From NCBI GenBank assembly GCA_963675665.1, contig OY776510.1, forward strand, positions 864,001-928,000: a stretch of 64,000 nucleotides of DNA, in the 5' to 3' direction. Below, one piece after another: positions 40,002 to 50,061 of this stretch (the stretch's first letter is position 1; the number at the start of each line of letters is the position of its first letter). A program made the translations under genes and the position numbers. Origin of the DNA: Spirochaetia bacterium (lineage in GTDB: Bacteria; Spirochaetota; Spirochaetia; UBA9216). The notes beneath the pieces were generated by a model. The model worked only from the letters and a program-made list of their open reading frames with translations, was not told where the DNA came from and searched no databases.

Positions 40002-41789
40002 ATGGACAAACTGAAAGAAGCCGTTTCCGAATTTCCGGAATCATCAGGCGTATATCTGATGAAAGATAAAACCGGGAAAATCATATATGTCGGAAAAGCC
40101 GTTAATCTGAAAAAAAGAGTAGGATCCTATTTTTTGAAAAATCGTGATCCGAAAACTTCAGTTCTTGTTTCAAAAATCTGCGAGATTGAAACGATTATAA
40201 CTGAATCAGAATATGAAGCGCTTCTTCTTGAGAACATACTGATAAAAAAATGGAATCCGAGATACAACATAAGGCTTAAAGACGGAAAAAGCTATCCTGT
40301 TGTCCGGGTAACAAATGAAGAGTTTCCAAGGGTGTTTAAAACCAGAAGAATTATCCGTGACGGGTCCAGGTATTTCGGTCCTTTCCCGTCGGCCGGGCTG
40401 TTATCGATTTATCTTGAAACAATTGAAAAGATGTTTCTGCTTCGGAAATGCAGGGGTGTTCTGAAGAAACGTGAAAACCCATGTCTTTATTACCATATAG
40501 GACGTTGCTCCGGGCCCTGCGTAGGCAGGATAACAGCTGAAGATTATGAAAAGATAATAAAAAAGGTGGAAGAGCTTCTCTCTGGTGATAATGAAAGTTT
40601 ATTAAAATGGCTGAAAGAAAATATGATGGAAGCCTCGGAATCCCGGGAATATGAGAAAGCGGCGGAATTCAGGGATGCATATCTGGCCGCGGAAGGGTTG
40701 ATAGATGAGTTTAATCAGAAAATTGTGGATTTCAACGAGTTGAGACGCGATTTTATAGCATTTTCATCTTTTGAGAATCTCTATACTTTTGCAGTCTTCC
40801 AGATGCGGGAAGGACGTCTTATCGGCCGGGATCTTTACCGAACGGAATTCGGAGCCTCGGATGAAGAAGCTCTCGAGCAGTTTTTTATTCAGTATTATTC
40901 CGAACAGCAGGAACTGCCCAATGAGATATATTTTTCCAGGCTGATAAGGCTGGAACTGATTAAAAATTTTTTCAGGAATGAGAAAAAAGCCGCTCCACAG
41001 TTGATTTACCCGGAGGAAGGCCAGAACAGATCCATTTTAAAAATGGCGGAAGAGAACGCGTTTCAGGATATTATGAAGCGAAAACGGCATGTAAAGAATG
41101 AAGAAGGCCTGAGGGCGTTAAAGGATGTTCTCGGTCTCAGTGTAATGCCCCGCAGAATCGAGGGCTTCGATATTGCACAACTGAACGGCAAATACCCGGC
41201 GGCATCGCTTGTTTCTTTCAAAGACGGAGTTCCGGATCGCAGGAATTACAGGCATTATCATATAAAAACTCTTGACGGCCGGATAGATGATTTCGCTTCA
41301 GTCAGGGAAGCCGTGACCAGGCGCTACACAAGGCTTTTAAATGAAAATCAGCCGATGCCCGATCTTATCCTTATAGACGGAGGGGCCGGCCAGGTCAGTG
41401 CCGCGAAAGGCGTTTTAACAGCCCTCGGTCTGGATTATATCCCCCTTGCCGGCCTTGCGAAACGCGATGAAGAAATATATCTCAGCGGCAGCAGCCGGCC
41501 GATTAACCTTCCCGAAGGAGATCCGGCGCTTCAGGTTCTGCAGTATGTACGCGATGAAACCCACCGGTTTGCAACAGGATTCAATAAAAAGATGCGGCAA
41601 AAAGACAGCCGGTTCTCTTTGCTTGAAAGTGTGCCGGGAATCGGCCCGGCTAAAAGCAGGCATTTGATTCGGAAATTCGGTTCTATTGAAGAGATGAAAA
41701 AGCAGGATATAGACAGCCTGCGTAAAGCTGCCGGATTAACCGAAGCTGCCGCTAAAGCCCTCATTGAAGAACTCGGGCACAGAAGCTGA
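40002..41789 (+). CDS. uvrC: Excinuclease ABC subunit C
   Basis: GVYLM..IYVGKA GIY-YIG, RIEGFDIA, LIDGGAGQ, RDETHRFA, HhH PGIGP. Confidence 0.97.
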   Translation: MDKLKEAVSEFPESSGVYLMKDKTGKIIYVGKAVNLKKRVGSYFLKNRDPKTSVLVSKICEIETIITESEYEALLLENILIKKWNPRYNIRLKDGKSYPVVRVTNEEFPRVFKTRRIIRDGSRYFGPFPSAGLLSIYLETIEKMFLLRKCRGVLKKRENPCLYYHIGRCSGPCVGRITAEDYEKIIKKVEELLSGDNESLLKWLKENMMEASESREYEKAAEFRDAYLAAEGLIDEFNQKIVDFNELRRDFIAFSSFENLYTFAVFQMREGRLIGRDLYRTEFGASDEEALEQFFIQYYSEQQELPNEIYFSRLIRLELIKNFFRNEKKAAPQLIYPEEGQNRSILKMAEENAFQDIMKRKRHVKNEEGLRALKDVLGLSVMPRRIEGFDIAQLNGKYPAASLVSFKDGVPDRRNYRHYHIKTLDGRIDDFASVREAVTRRYTRLLNENQPMPDLILIDGGAGQVSAAKGVLTALGLDYIPLAGLAKRDEEIYLSGSSRPINLPEGDPALQVLQYVRDETHRFATGFNKKMRQKDSRFSLLESVPGIGPAKSRHLIRKFGSIEEMKKQDIDSLRKAAGLTEAAAKALIEELGHRS

Positions 41790-41821
41790 TAAAAAGAATA
41801 ATAAAAATTAATCGAAAAAAA

Positions 41822-41850
41822 TTGACTTCCGGCAAATTATGTACTAAATT
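41822..41850 (+). promoter_or_regulatory. Sigma70-like promoter for the intergenic RNA
   Basis: TTGACT-17nt-TAAATT. Confidence 0.65.
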
Positions 41851-41856
41851 TATAAC

Positions 41857-42065
41857 AGATGAGGTAAACAAGCCGAGAGGCTTCCAAACTTGAATAAGGA
41901 GGAGCAGATGACTCCACCTAAAGGTAATCGCCGGTGCTGAGCCGGCGGAGAGAAACAAATATCAAAAAGGGTCTGTAATAGCCCCTATAAATCAGTGAGG
42001 ATTCAGTTGCCGCTTAGGGCGTCACTGAATTTTCTAAAGCCGGTAATCAGTCCGGCTTTTTTTTT
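41857..42065 (+). ncRNA. Candidate structured small RNA of unknown family
   Basis: Own promoter and terminator, five short hairpins with A-rich linkers, no long ORF on this strand. Confidence 0.55.
42036..42065 (+). terminator. Intrinsic terminator
   Basis: AAAGCCGG-taatcagt-CCGGCTTT followed by T run. Confidence 0.85.
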
Positions 42066-42101
42066 GCCCAATTCGCTTTAACGTACTATAATAAAGCTGA
42101 A

Positions 42102-43190
42102 ATGAAAACGAAAAGAATAATTAGAAAAGCATTTACAGTCTTCTGTACTGCGGTAATATTCAGCGGCTATGTCTTCGCTGAAGAGTTGACTGTAGTAACT
42201 GTTAATTCGTGGTCCGCAATGAATCACAGCGGATTTCTGAGATGTGATGAGTATGAAGAAGAAACAGTCCGCGGTTTCCGTCAGGAAGTTCTGACAACCG
42301 GGCTGAAAGAACTTGAAGCCGATGTTATAATTTTAAACGGAATAAACCCGGCGGAAAGCTTTGCCGCAGAGACAGCGCTTGAGCTAGGCATGAATGCGGA
42401 TGTCTGGGTATCCCGCAGCGGCATCAGGTTCGGTCCCGTCAGTCTTCCCTTAAACCTGAAGGAGGGCGACGCCATACTTTCGGCCGAAAAACTTGCAAGC
42501 GAACCTGCAGGCAGAATGTCTCTCAACAGCACGCTTTCTACAGGAGCAGTTACGCTGTTTGCACGGGACGGGGTGCAGGTTTTCGGACGGAAAATCGATA
42601 TAACGGCTGAAGGCGAATCAACGGCGGGCGGTGTTTATATTTTTTCCGCAGTCTGGAATGAATCACTGTTCAATGATGAAAACAGCCTGCGCAGACTGAC
42701 GGACGCTTATCTTTCCGGTGAAATAAATGCTGATGATTATATGCTTCTTGTAAAGGATGCTGTTGAGGGCGCCGAAACAAGGCTGGTCCAGGCCGGGCGG
42801 ACATTATCTTTCATAAACAGTATTGCAGGTGCCGGGCCTGTAATTGTGGCCGGAAGTTTCAACGCGCTGCCGGACAGTCCTGAAATAAAGGTACTTAAAG
42901 ATGCGGGTTTCATTGATGTTTTTGAACGCGCCGGCAAGGGGCCGGGTTATACCATAGATGTACAGAAGAACTCCAATTATCAAAAATTACGGCAGGCGGC
43001 CGAAGACAATGGAGACCCTGCCGGCATAGCCCTGGATATTATGTCCGGCAAATACCGTACCGATTATATAATGATCCGGGGCGCGGGATTGAAACCCCTG
43101 TCGGCCGGAATAGTTCTGGACAAGCCTGTATACGGAGTGTATCCGTCCAACCGGTTCGGGGTTTCAGCGGTAATTGATATTTCTGACTAG
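42102..43190 (+). CDS. Exported endonuclease/exonuclease/phosphatase-family protein (divergent)
   Basis: Signal peptide; TVNSW, AGSFNALPDS, GFIDVF, RTDYI, PSNRFGV echo EEP motifs with substitutions. Confidence 0.7.
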   Translation: MKTKRIIRKAFTVFCTAVIFSGYVFAEELTVVTVNSWSAMNHSGFLRCDEYEEETVRGFRQEVLTTGLKELEADVIILNGINPAESFAAETALELGMNADVWVSRSGIRFGPVSLPLNLKEGDAILSAEKLASEPAGRMSLNSTLSTGAVTLFARDGVQVFGRKIDITAEGESTAGGVYIFSAVWNESLFNDENSLRRLTDAYLSGEINADDYMLLVKDAVEGAETRLVQAGRTLSFINSIAGAGPVIVAGSFNALPDSPEIKVLKDAGFIDVFERAGKGPGYTIDVQKNSNYQKLRQAAEDNGDPAGIALDIMSGKYRTDYIMIRGAGLKPLSAGIVLDKPVYGVYPSNRFGVSAVIDISD

Positions 43191-44170
43191 GGTAAAGGCG
43201 CGGCAGCGCCTTTCTTTTCGATTATTGAATAAAGATACATCTGGGCGGTAATTTCCCGCTGTTCCTGCCTTGCCGTTCTTAGTTTAATATCGTAATCGGC
43301 GGTAAGACTGATGATGTCCCGGAGGTTTTCTTCCGTGTAGTGTTTTAGCGCGTCCGAATATACCGCCTGCGCTTTTTTACCCCTGATATTGTTTTTATAA
43401 CAGGCGGTCTGAAATGACTCTCCCCTGTCCAGTTCTGCGGCAATGCTCTGGAGATTTCTCAGCTGCCAAAGCAGCCCGCCGAGCAGCTGCACTGTACTGG
43501 TTTCGCTGCCGAGCATGATCTTCTGAAGAATCTCCACGGCGCCGCCAAGATCGGCAGCTGCAATTTTATTGAAAAGTGAGAAAACATTTTCTTCTTTTCC
43601 ATGATAGAAAAAGTTTTCAATATCCGCCTTGGAGATAAGCGCACCTTCACCAAAAAAGACGGCCAGCTTTTCGCATTCCTTTTTCATGTCTGTCGTATTG
43701 TTTTCAATCAGGGTCAGCAGCATTTCAATAGCGTCAGATTCAATTTCCATTTTTCGGTTTCTGAAAAATCCCGACAGCCAGCCTTTTTTTTGCCCTTCGA
43801 ACATTTCCCAGAAGATTTTCTGGTTCTGTTTGGGAATAATTTTGGACAGGCTGTTTTTCAGCGATGTTTCATCAGATAAAAATACTATTACAGTGTTATC
43901 CGATGGCGAGGACAAGTATGATTTAAATTCATCCACTTCCGCTTTTTTAAAAAGATCAGCCTGGCCGATTATTATCAGCTTCCAGGCGGAAAACAGCGAG
44001 CCGTTTTTGATAAGCGAAAGAATATCTGAAACACTGCTCTCAAACGGATAAAACCGGTGCTGCTCCGGTTCTTCGCCGAACTGTTCGATGAGTCTGTTCT
44101 TCATTTGTTTCAGGAAAATTGTCCGTTCCCCTGTTTCGGGGCCTGCAAGAAGCCAGGCGGTATCAGTCAT
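43187..44170 (-). CDS. holA: DNA polymerase III delta subunit
   Basis: LLAGPE, SLFS, ECEKL, EENVFSLF. Confidence 0.85.
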   Translation of the reverse strand: MTDTAWLLAGPETGERTIFLKQMKNRLIEQFGEEPEQHRFYPFESSVSDILSLIKNGSLFSAWKLIIIGQADLFKKAEVDEFKSYLSSPSDNTVIVFLSDETSLKNSLSKIIPKQNQKIFWEMFEGQKKGWLSGFFRNRKMEIESDAIEMLLTLIENNTTDMKKECEKLAVFFGEGALISKADIENFFYHGKEENVFSLFNKIAAADLGGAVEILQKIMLGSETSTVQLLGGLLWQLRNLQSIAAELDRGESFQTACYKNNIRGKKAQAVYSDALKHYTEENLRDIISLTADYDIKLRTARQEQREITAQMYLYSIIEKKGAAAPLP

Positions 44171-44771
44171 AGTCCCTTACAATGCATTTGAGTTTTCCAA
44201 GAACCTTGACGTTCTGTGTGTAAATCGGGGGATAAACGGGGTTTTCAGCTTTAAGCTTGATTCTGTTTTTTTCCCTGTAGAAACGTTTCAGGGTATACGC
44301 TTCATCGTTTATCATTGCGACTACAATATCGCCGTTTTCGGCTGTATTGCGGTGATTAAAAATGGCAACATCGCCGTCCAGGATACCAACATCCTGCATG
44401 CTGTCCCCGGCAACATGCAGCGCAAAAAACTGGCCTGTGCCGAGCCGTGAAGCGGGCATTTTCAGCATGCCGTCAAAATTTTCTTCGGCAAATAAAGGTT
44501 TACCGGCAGCCACCTTTCCAAGGATTGGAATTTGAATTGTTTCCTGTTCATGGGAGTTTTTCCGGTCGATAATCTCAATTGTTCTGGACCGGTTTCCGTC
44601 GCATTTAATTCTTCCCTTTTTCTCTAAAGCCTTGATATGGTCATATGCGCCCTTAACAGAAATATTGAAAGAAGATGCCATTTCACGGATTGTCGGCGGA
44701 TAATTGTGCTTGTCGATAAAACTCTTGATATAACTTAATGTTTCTTCCTGGCGTTTTGTCAGTTCTTTCAT
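44163..44771 (-). CDS. lexA: SOS repressor
   Basis: LTKRQ, YPPTIRE, GKVAAG cleavage site, GDSM, TLKRF. Confidence 0.95.
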   Translation of the reverse strand: MKELTKRQEETLSYIKSFIDKHNYPPTIREMASSFNISVKGAYDHIKALEKKGRIKCDGNRSRTIEIIDRKNSHEQETIQIPILGKVAAGKPLFAEENFDGMLKMPASRLGTGQFFALHVAGDSMQDVGILDGDVAIFNHRNTAENGDIVVAMINDEAYTLKRFYREKNRIKLKAENPVYPPIYTQNVKVLGKLKCIVRDYD

Positions 44772-46141
44772 TTCTTAATCTCAATATCGAATTTTTTTAT
44801 CTTTCCGTGCAGATTGCTCGGATAGATACCCAGACTTTGTGCCGCCCTGGTTATGTTATAGTCGTTCTCCTCAAGTTTGTGCAGCAGAAGTCGGCGTTCA
44901 AACTCATCACGAGCGTCAGTCAGTTTCATGTCGCTGAAATGATCGATCAGGGGATTGCTCTTCCGAACCTGACCGTCATTGTTTGAGCCAAGGTACCCGG
45001 ATGCTGTTTCGGCACTAATAATTTCCTCTTCTGACATTATTGTAACACGTTCTATAAAGTTTTTCAGCTCCCTGACGTTTCCCGGCCACCTGTATTCCAC
45101 TAAAAGTGCAATTGCTTCAAGGGAAAATGCCGAAGCGGCAATATTTTCCCGTTTTTTCATCTGTTCAAAAAAATAATCTATGAGCAGTGGGATGTCTTCT
45201 TTTCTTTCGTTTAACGGCGGGACATGTATGGGTACAACATTTAGTCGGAAAAAAAGATCTTCACGAAAATTTCCGTCGGCGATTTCGCGTTTAATATCCT
45301 TGTTTGTTGCGGCAATAATTCTGACGTCTATAGTCTGGGTTTCTTCACTGCCGACCTTTTCGAAGCGCATTTCCTGGATAACACGCAGGACCTTTGCCTG
45401 TGCTGAAAGCGACATATCAGCTACTTCGTCAAGAAACAGAGTGCCCCCGTCGGCGATTTCAAATTTTCCCTTTCTGTTTGTAAGGGCCCCGGTAAACGAG
45501 CCTTTTTCGTGGCCGAAAAGTTCGCTTTCAATCAGCGTGTCGGGGATGGCGGCGCAATTGACCTCAACAAACGGTTTTGCGCTGCGTTGGGATTTTCGGT
45601 GGATATCACGGGCAACCAGTTCCTTGCCTGTTCCGTTGTCCCCCGTAATCAGTATTTTGGCATCCGACGCCGCACTCTGGTTAATTGTCTGTTTGATTAA
45701 TTGAATCTGCTCGCTCTCGCCGATCATTTTCTCTTCCGGCAGAACAGACGATTTTAATTGTTTGTTTTCAGTTTTAAGAGCGTTCATTGCAATGGCATTC
45801 CTGGCCAGCGTCAGGATCTTGTCGAGAGAGAGGGGTTTTTCGAGAAAATCGAAAGCGCCCAGCTTAACAGCTTTGACTGCAAGGTCGATATTTGCATGTC
45901 CCGAAATGATAATCACTTCGATTTCGGGATATTCTTCCTTAATCGTTTTCAGTACATCAATACCGCCTATGTTCGGCAGCCAGACGTCGAGAACAACGAG
46001 GTGTATGATTTCGGACTTCAGAATTTCCAGTCCGTGAATACCGTCTCCGGCATCAAAGACACTGTAACTTTCGTCCTCAAAAATATCTCTCAGTACTGTT
46101 CTTATTCCGGGCTCGTCGTCAATGACAAGAATATTAGCCAA
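44768..46141 (-). CDS. Sigma54-dependent response regulator (NtrX/NtrC-like)
   Basis: REC domain, GDNGTGKE, ESELFGHEKGSFTGA, FREDLFFRL, C-terminal HTH. Confidence 0.94.
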   Translation of the reverse strand: MANILVIDDEPGIRTVLRDIFEDESYSVFDAGDGIHGLEILKSEIIHLVVLDVWLPNIGGIDVLKTIKEEYPEIEVIIISGHANIDLAVKAVKLGAFDFLEKPLSLDKILTLARNAIAMNALKTENKQLKSSVLPEEKMIGESEQIQLIKQTINQSAASDAKILITGDNGTGKELVARDIHRKSQRSAKPFVEVNCAAIPDTLIESELFGHEKGSFTGALTNRKGKFEIADGGTLFLDEVADMSLSAQAKVLRVIQEMRFEKVGSEETQTIDVRIIAATNKDIKREIADGNFREDLFFRLNVVPIHVPPLNERKEDIPLLIDYFFEQMKKRENIAASAFSLEAIALLVEYRWPGNVRELKNFIERVTIMSEEEIISAETASGYLGSNNDGQVRKSNPLIDHFSDMKLTDARDEFERRLLLHKLEENDYNITRAAQSLGIYPSNLHGKIKKFDIEIKK

Positions 46142-47912
46142 ACTTTTTCTCCATCGGAAGATCTATATAAAAGGTTGTTCCATGCCCTCTGTCTGATTCG
46201 AACCAGATTTGTCCTTTATGATCAAAGATAATCCGTTCGACAATGGGAAGTCCAAGTCCGGTTCCTTCATTCTTGGTTGTAAAATAAGGGTTAAATACCT
46301 GATCCTGCTTTTCAGGTTCGATTCCGGATCCGTTATCCTGAACTCTTATTCTACAGTAACTTGAATTCCCTTTTCTGACAAGATCGGTTTGAATAGAAAT
46401 TTTACCGTCCTCAGGTGTAATTGCCTCGCAACTGTTTTTTACCAGATTTATAAAAACCTGTTTCATCTGCTTGGGATCAACATTAAGGATAATTTCAGTC
46501 TCCGGCGAATTGAAATTAAATTTCAACCCTGGATATGAGGTCCGGTAGGTGTCGATTATTTCCTGTATCAGCCCGGTAATCTCTACCGGTTCGGGAGAAG
46601 GCGCCGGTAGGCGTGAAAAATCCCTGAATTCTTTCAGAAGGTTGTCAAGGCTGTTAACTTCCTGAATAATCCCCTGAATGGCCGGTTCCAGGATCTGCCC
46701 GATATTCTCGGGGTTGTTTTTGAATCTTTTAAGAATCCTCTCTGCCGACAGCTTTATCGGCGTGAGCGGGTTTCTGAGTTCATGCGCAAGCTGTCGCGCT
46801 ATTTCCTGCCATGCTGTTATTTTCTCGGTCTGCAGAATTTTTTTTCGTGAGTTTTCCAGTTCTCCCATCATTCTGTTAAAGGAATTTGTCAGATTTGACA
46901 GTTCGTCTCCTGAGCGGGTAAGAATCCTGTATGTAAAATCTCCTTCGGAAACACTTCGGGTTGCAGCCTCAAGGCTTACGATTGGTCTGATTACCTCGTC
47001 GCTCAACAGAAACGAGATCAGAATGGAAATTAATATCAGTGGAATTGTAAAAAAGGTATAAAAGATATAAAGTAAAAGAGTAAATTCCTGCTGGTTTCGC
47101 TGATAGGTAAGAAAGACTTCACGGGCGTCCGTCAGCTTGCGTGCCGTGTCGTCAAGGTTTTGCGGTAAAATAGAACTGATTACAACCGAATAAGTTCGGC
47201 TTCCGGTCTCGTAGATCTGCAGATATCGCAGCAGTCCGGTCCCTTCACGGTCCTCTCGCGGTAAAAGGCCGCCTGCGCCGCCTAGTGTCGGCGGTTCTTT
47301 CAGTTCCGCTTCCGACAGCCCGTTGAAAAAGGTTGATTTTCCGGCTTCGTCGAAAATCTGGATTGAATCTATTCCGGGATTTGCATTATATATGTTTGTC
47401 CACATGCGCTGCGGAAAGCGTTCAAGATCTGCAAGCATGCGATCAAACACCGGGCCTTCAGCAAAGTCTACAAGTGTTTCTATTTTATCATTATAGTATG
47501 CAAGCGAGAGATTCAGTCCGCCGTTTATTGCCGAACCGATTTCCGGAGAAAACCATGTGTTTACTGCAGTATTTACGAATTTCATTGATACAAGGGTTTG
47601 AGGAATTGAAGTCAGTATAACAATCAGCGAAAAATACAATAACAGATGTGTTTTGAATCGTGCGCCGGGGCTGTGATTTCTCCGGTCGATGACAAGTTTT
47701 CGAACGTTGATTAAAACATAGACAAGCAGCGCCAGCGGAAGAATAAATGCTGCCGGAATTAGTATCAGGTTAAGATTCCGATCTCCTGAAGGCATATTGA
47801 TAAGAACTTCGCCCGAAAGGTAATAAATGAGTACAACCAGCAGAATATAAATCAAAAAAACGGATATTATTCCGGAGCGGGAAGCTCCCGCTTTTTTGCT
47901 GTTAATTGCCAT
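46134..47912 (-). CDS. Membrane sensor histidine kinase (NtrY-like)
   Basis: TM helices, HAMP, AWQEIARQLAHELRNPLTPI, GTGLGL. Confidence 0.92.
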   Translation of the reverse strand: MAINSKKAGASRSGIISVFLIYILLVVLIYYLSGEVLINMPSGDRNLNLILIPAAFILPLALLVYVLINVRKLVIDRRNHSPGARFKTHLLLYFSLIVILTSIPQTLVSMKFVNTAVNTWFSPEIGSAINGGLNLSLAYYNDKIETLVDFAEGPVFDRMLADLERFPQRMWTNIYNANPGIDSIQIFDEAGKSTFFNGLSEAELKEPPTLGGAGGLLPREDREGTGLLRYLQIYETGSRTYSVVISSILPQNLDDTARKLTDAREVFLTYQRNQQEFTLLLYIFYTFFTIPLILISILISFLLSDEVIRPIVSLEAATRSVSEGDFTYRILTRSGDELSNLTNSFNRMMGELENSRKKILQTEKITAWQEIARQLAHELRNPLTPIKLSAERILKRFKNNPENIGQILEPAIQGIIQEVNSLDNLLKEFRDFSRLPAPSPEPVEITGLIQEIIDTYRTSYPGLKFNFNSPETEIILNVDPKQMKQVFINLVKNSCEAITPEDGKISIQTDLVRKGNSSYCRIRVQDNGSGIEPEKQDQVFNPYFTTKNEGTGLGLPIVERIIFDHKGQIWFESDRGHGTTFYIDLPMEKKFG

Positions 47913-48423
47913 AGCTAACCCAGGCGGTCTGCGTTTTTTCCGAGATCAGAAAGGGATCAAGCAAGGCAAGGGGAGGGGGTCTTCTGATAAGATCGGTTTC
48001 CGCTTTTGCCTGTATATAAAAATCACCTGAAATGACTTCGGAAGGAAGCGTTGTCATGCAGGAAAAAAACGCTTCTTTAAATAAATCGGTATTGTCATAG
48101 ATATTTTCAGTTCCGCCGCTTTGTATATAATAACGGTTTGTAAGGAAATCTTTTCCGGCTTTTTTTGTTATTGTAAATGAAGAATTGTCTGCTTTTAGCG
48201 GATTTTCAGCATGCTTTGATTTACGTATTCTGAATGAATAGACTATTTCCGAACGGTAACCTTCCTCAATAACCTGAAAGAACGGATCCGAATCGATATC
48301 CGTAATGGTAATGATAATAGTCGGTTCAGGTTGTTCGGCGTTTATGCTGATGTCGAGCTCTGCAGCATATAATGCTGTTGAAACGAGCAGTATTATAAAT
48401 ACAGGGAGCAGAAATTTTCCCGT
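47902..48423 (-). CDS. Exported protein (DUF4390-like position and size), apparent ACG start; missed by ORF track
   Basis: 173-codon open frame (M/T)GKFLLPVFIILLVSTALYA...AWVSYGN*, GAGGAGG 7 nt upstream of ACG, overlaps the kinase start. Confidence 0.7.
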   Translation of the reverse strand, partial: TGKFLLPVFIILLVSTALYAAELDISINAEQPEPTIIITITDIDSDPFFQVIEEGYRSEIVYSFRIRKSKHAENPLKADNSSFTITKKAGKDFLTNRYYIQSGGTENIYDNTDLFKEAFFSCMTTLPSEVISGDFYIQAKAETDLIRRPPPLALLDPFLISEKTQTAWVSYGN

Positions 48424-48425
48424 AT

Positions 48426-48692
48426 CTATTCCTCCTCAAACCGGTTTTCAAAAAGCTTAACAATGGCCTCAAGAGCTTCTGTTTCATCAGGGCCGTCGGT
48501 TTTTATATTAATTACGGAATTGTATCCGGCCCCCAAAGTAATAATGCCCATTATTGACTTGGCATTTATACTGTTTTTATCTTTTTCCAGAAAAATATCA
48601 CATTCAAATTCGTTAGCGGTCTGAACTATTAAAGCGGCAGGCCGGGCGTGTATACCGGCTCTGTTTTTTATGGTTACGTCCTGTGTCTGCAT
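48426..48692 (-). CDS. ptsH: Phosphocarrier protein HPr
   Basis: GIHARPA, NAKSIMG. Confidence 0.95.
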   Translation of the reverse strand: MQTQDVTIKNRAGIHARPAALIVQTANEFECDIFLEKDKNSINAKSIMGIITLGAGYNSVINIKTDGPDETEALEAIVKLFENRFEEE

Positions 48693-48711
48693 TCTGTTCC
48701 TCTGTGCTGTT

Positions 48712-49701
48712 CTATTTCAAATTGTTTTTATCATAATAAGCTGCACGGGCGTTCTGTCCCTCGAGCCATTTTAATACATTTTGATTAAATTCCCTCGCCG
48801 AAAAATATCCGAGTTTTTTAAGCCTTTCATTCATTGCGGCTGTTTCTATTATGACCGGAATATTGCGGCCGGGTTTTATCGGAAGGGTTACAACCGGCAG
48901 CCCTACGCCAAGATATTCAATTGTTGCTGTGCTTGATCCGAGCCGGTCGTATAGTTTTGCGGAATCCCATTCCTCAAGTTCAACGACAAGCTGGACCTGT
49001 TTGCTGTCCCGGATTGCTCCGACGCCGAACAGGTGGCTGATATTTATAATGCCGAGCCCCCGAATTTCCATATGATGACCGGCAATATCGTTTACGCCCT
49101 TGCCTATTATTAGGTTGCCGTTTACACAGCTTAATTCAACCGCATCGTCGGCAATAAGCCGGTGTCCTCTTTCAATCAGTTCCAGGGCCGTTTCGCTTTT
49201 TCCGATTCCGCTGGCACCCTTTATCAGAATTCCTATGCCGAAAACCTCTACAAAGGTAGCATGAACAATCTGTTTTTCGGCAAATACCGTGTTCAGGGCA
49301 CGTATTAATCGTCTTGAAAACTCACTGGAACTAAGGTTTGTTATAAGGACGGGAACACCTGCTTCTTCGGCGAGATCAATAAATTCCTGTTCCGGCTGAA
49401 GGTTTGTAGTGAAAGCGCAGCAGGGAATTTTATATTCAAAAAACTTTCGTAAAATGTCGATTTTCTTATCCGATACAAGTTTTTTTACATAGGCGGTTTC
49501 TCCCTTGCCGAAAACCTGTATTCGGTTATATTGAAATCCGTCAAAAAAGCCTGACAGGGTCAGACCGGGACGGTTGAGATCCTGCTCCAGAATGGGAGAG
49601 GCCAGTCCCGATCTGCCGCAAAGGCATTTAAGATTTAGTTCGTTATGTTCTTTCAGATCCAAATCGAGGAGATCCAAAACTGTAAAAACATTCTCTGCCA
49701 T
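48712..49701 (-). CDS. hprK: HPr kinase/phosphorylase
   Basis: GASGIGKSETALEL, HRLIADD, EIRGLGII, PGRNI. Confidence 0.96.
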   Translation of the reverse strand: MAENVFTVLDLLDLDLKEHNELNLKCLCGRSGLASPILEQDLNRPGLTLSGFFDGFQYNRIQVFGKGETAYVKKLVSDKKIDILRKFFEYKIPCCAFTTNLQPEQEFIDLAEEAGVPVLITNLSSSEFSRRLIRALNTVFAEKQIVHATFVEVFGIGILIKGASGIGKSETALELIERGHRLIADDAVELSCVNGNLIIGKGVNDIAGHHMEIRGLGIINISHLFGVGAIRDSKQVQLVVELEEWDSAKLYDRLGSSTATIEYLGVGLPVVTLPIKPGRNIPVIIETAAMNERLKKLGYFSAREFNQNVLKWLEGQNARAAYYDKNNLK

Positions 49702-49704
49702 ATT

Positions 49705-49995
49705 TTAATGTTCCTGAATCCTTTCTTTTTCTTTTGCGATTTTATTATCGAGTTTATTGAAAAGATTGTCTATACCCTTGAATAAATCAAAAGTGTCTAC
49801 TTTCAAATGGGAGGATTTTGCCCATTTAAAATTCATAGTTGCTTCAATAACGTAACCGTTCTTATCGTGTGCAATAGTAATTAGCAGGTCAACAATGTGT
49901 TCATCTGCATAACCTAGCCTTTTAAGCTTCTTTTCTACATGTTCTTTTGTGTTGTCGCTGATGTCGTAATGTACGCCCCGAATGTCTACGTTCAT
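49705..49995 (-). CDS. hpf: Ribosome hibernation promoting factor (short HPF/RaiA)
   Basis: 96 aa sigma54-modulation-type protein directly after rpoN. Confidence 0.85.
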   Translation of the reverse strand: MNVDIRGVHYDISDNTKEHVEKKLKRLGYADEHIVDLLITIAHDKNGYVIEATMNFKWAKSSHLKVDTFDLFKGIDNLFNKLDNKIAKEKERIQEH

Positions 49996-50061
49996 AGAAA
50001 CCTCCGTATAATATCGAATACGGTATCGATTTGGATTTAATACCGTATAAGGTTTAACCCT

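Noticed and set aside
41855-41920. Fluoride riboswitch (GATGAGG ... GCAGATGACTCC)
   Set aside because: P1 and pseudoknot pairings cannot be formed and no fluoride-related gene follows
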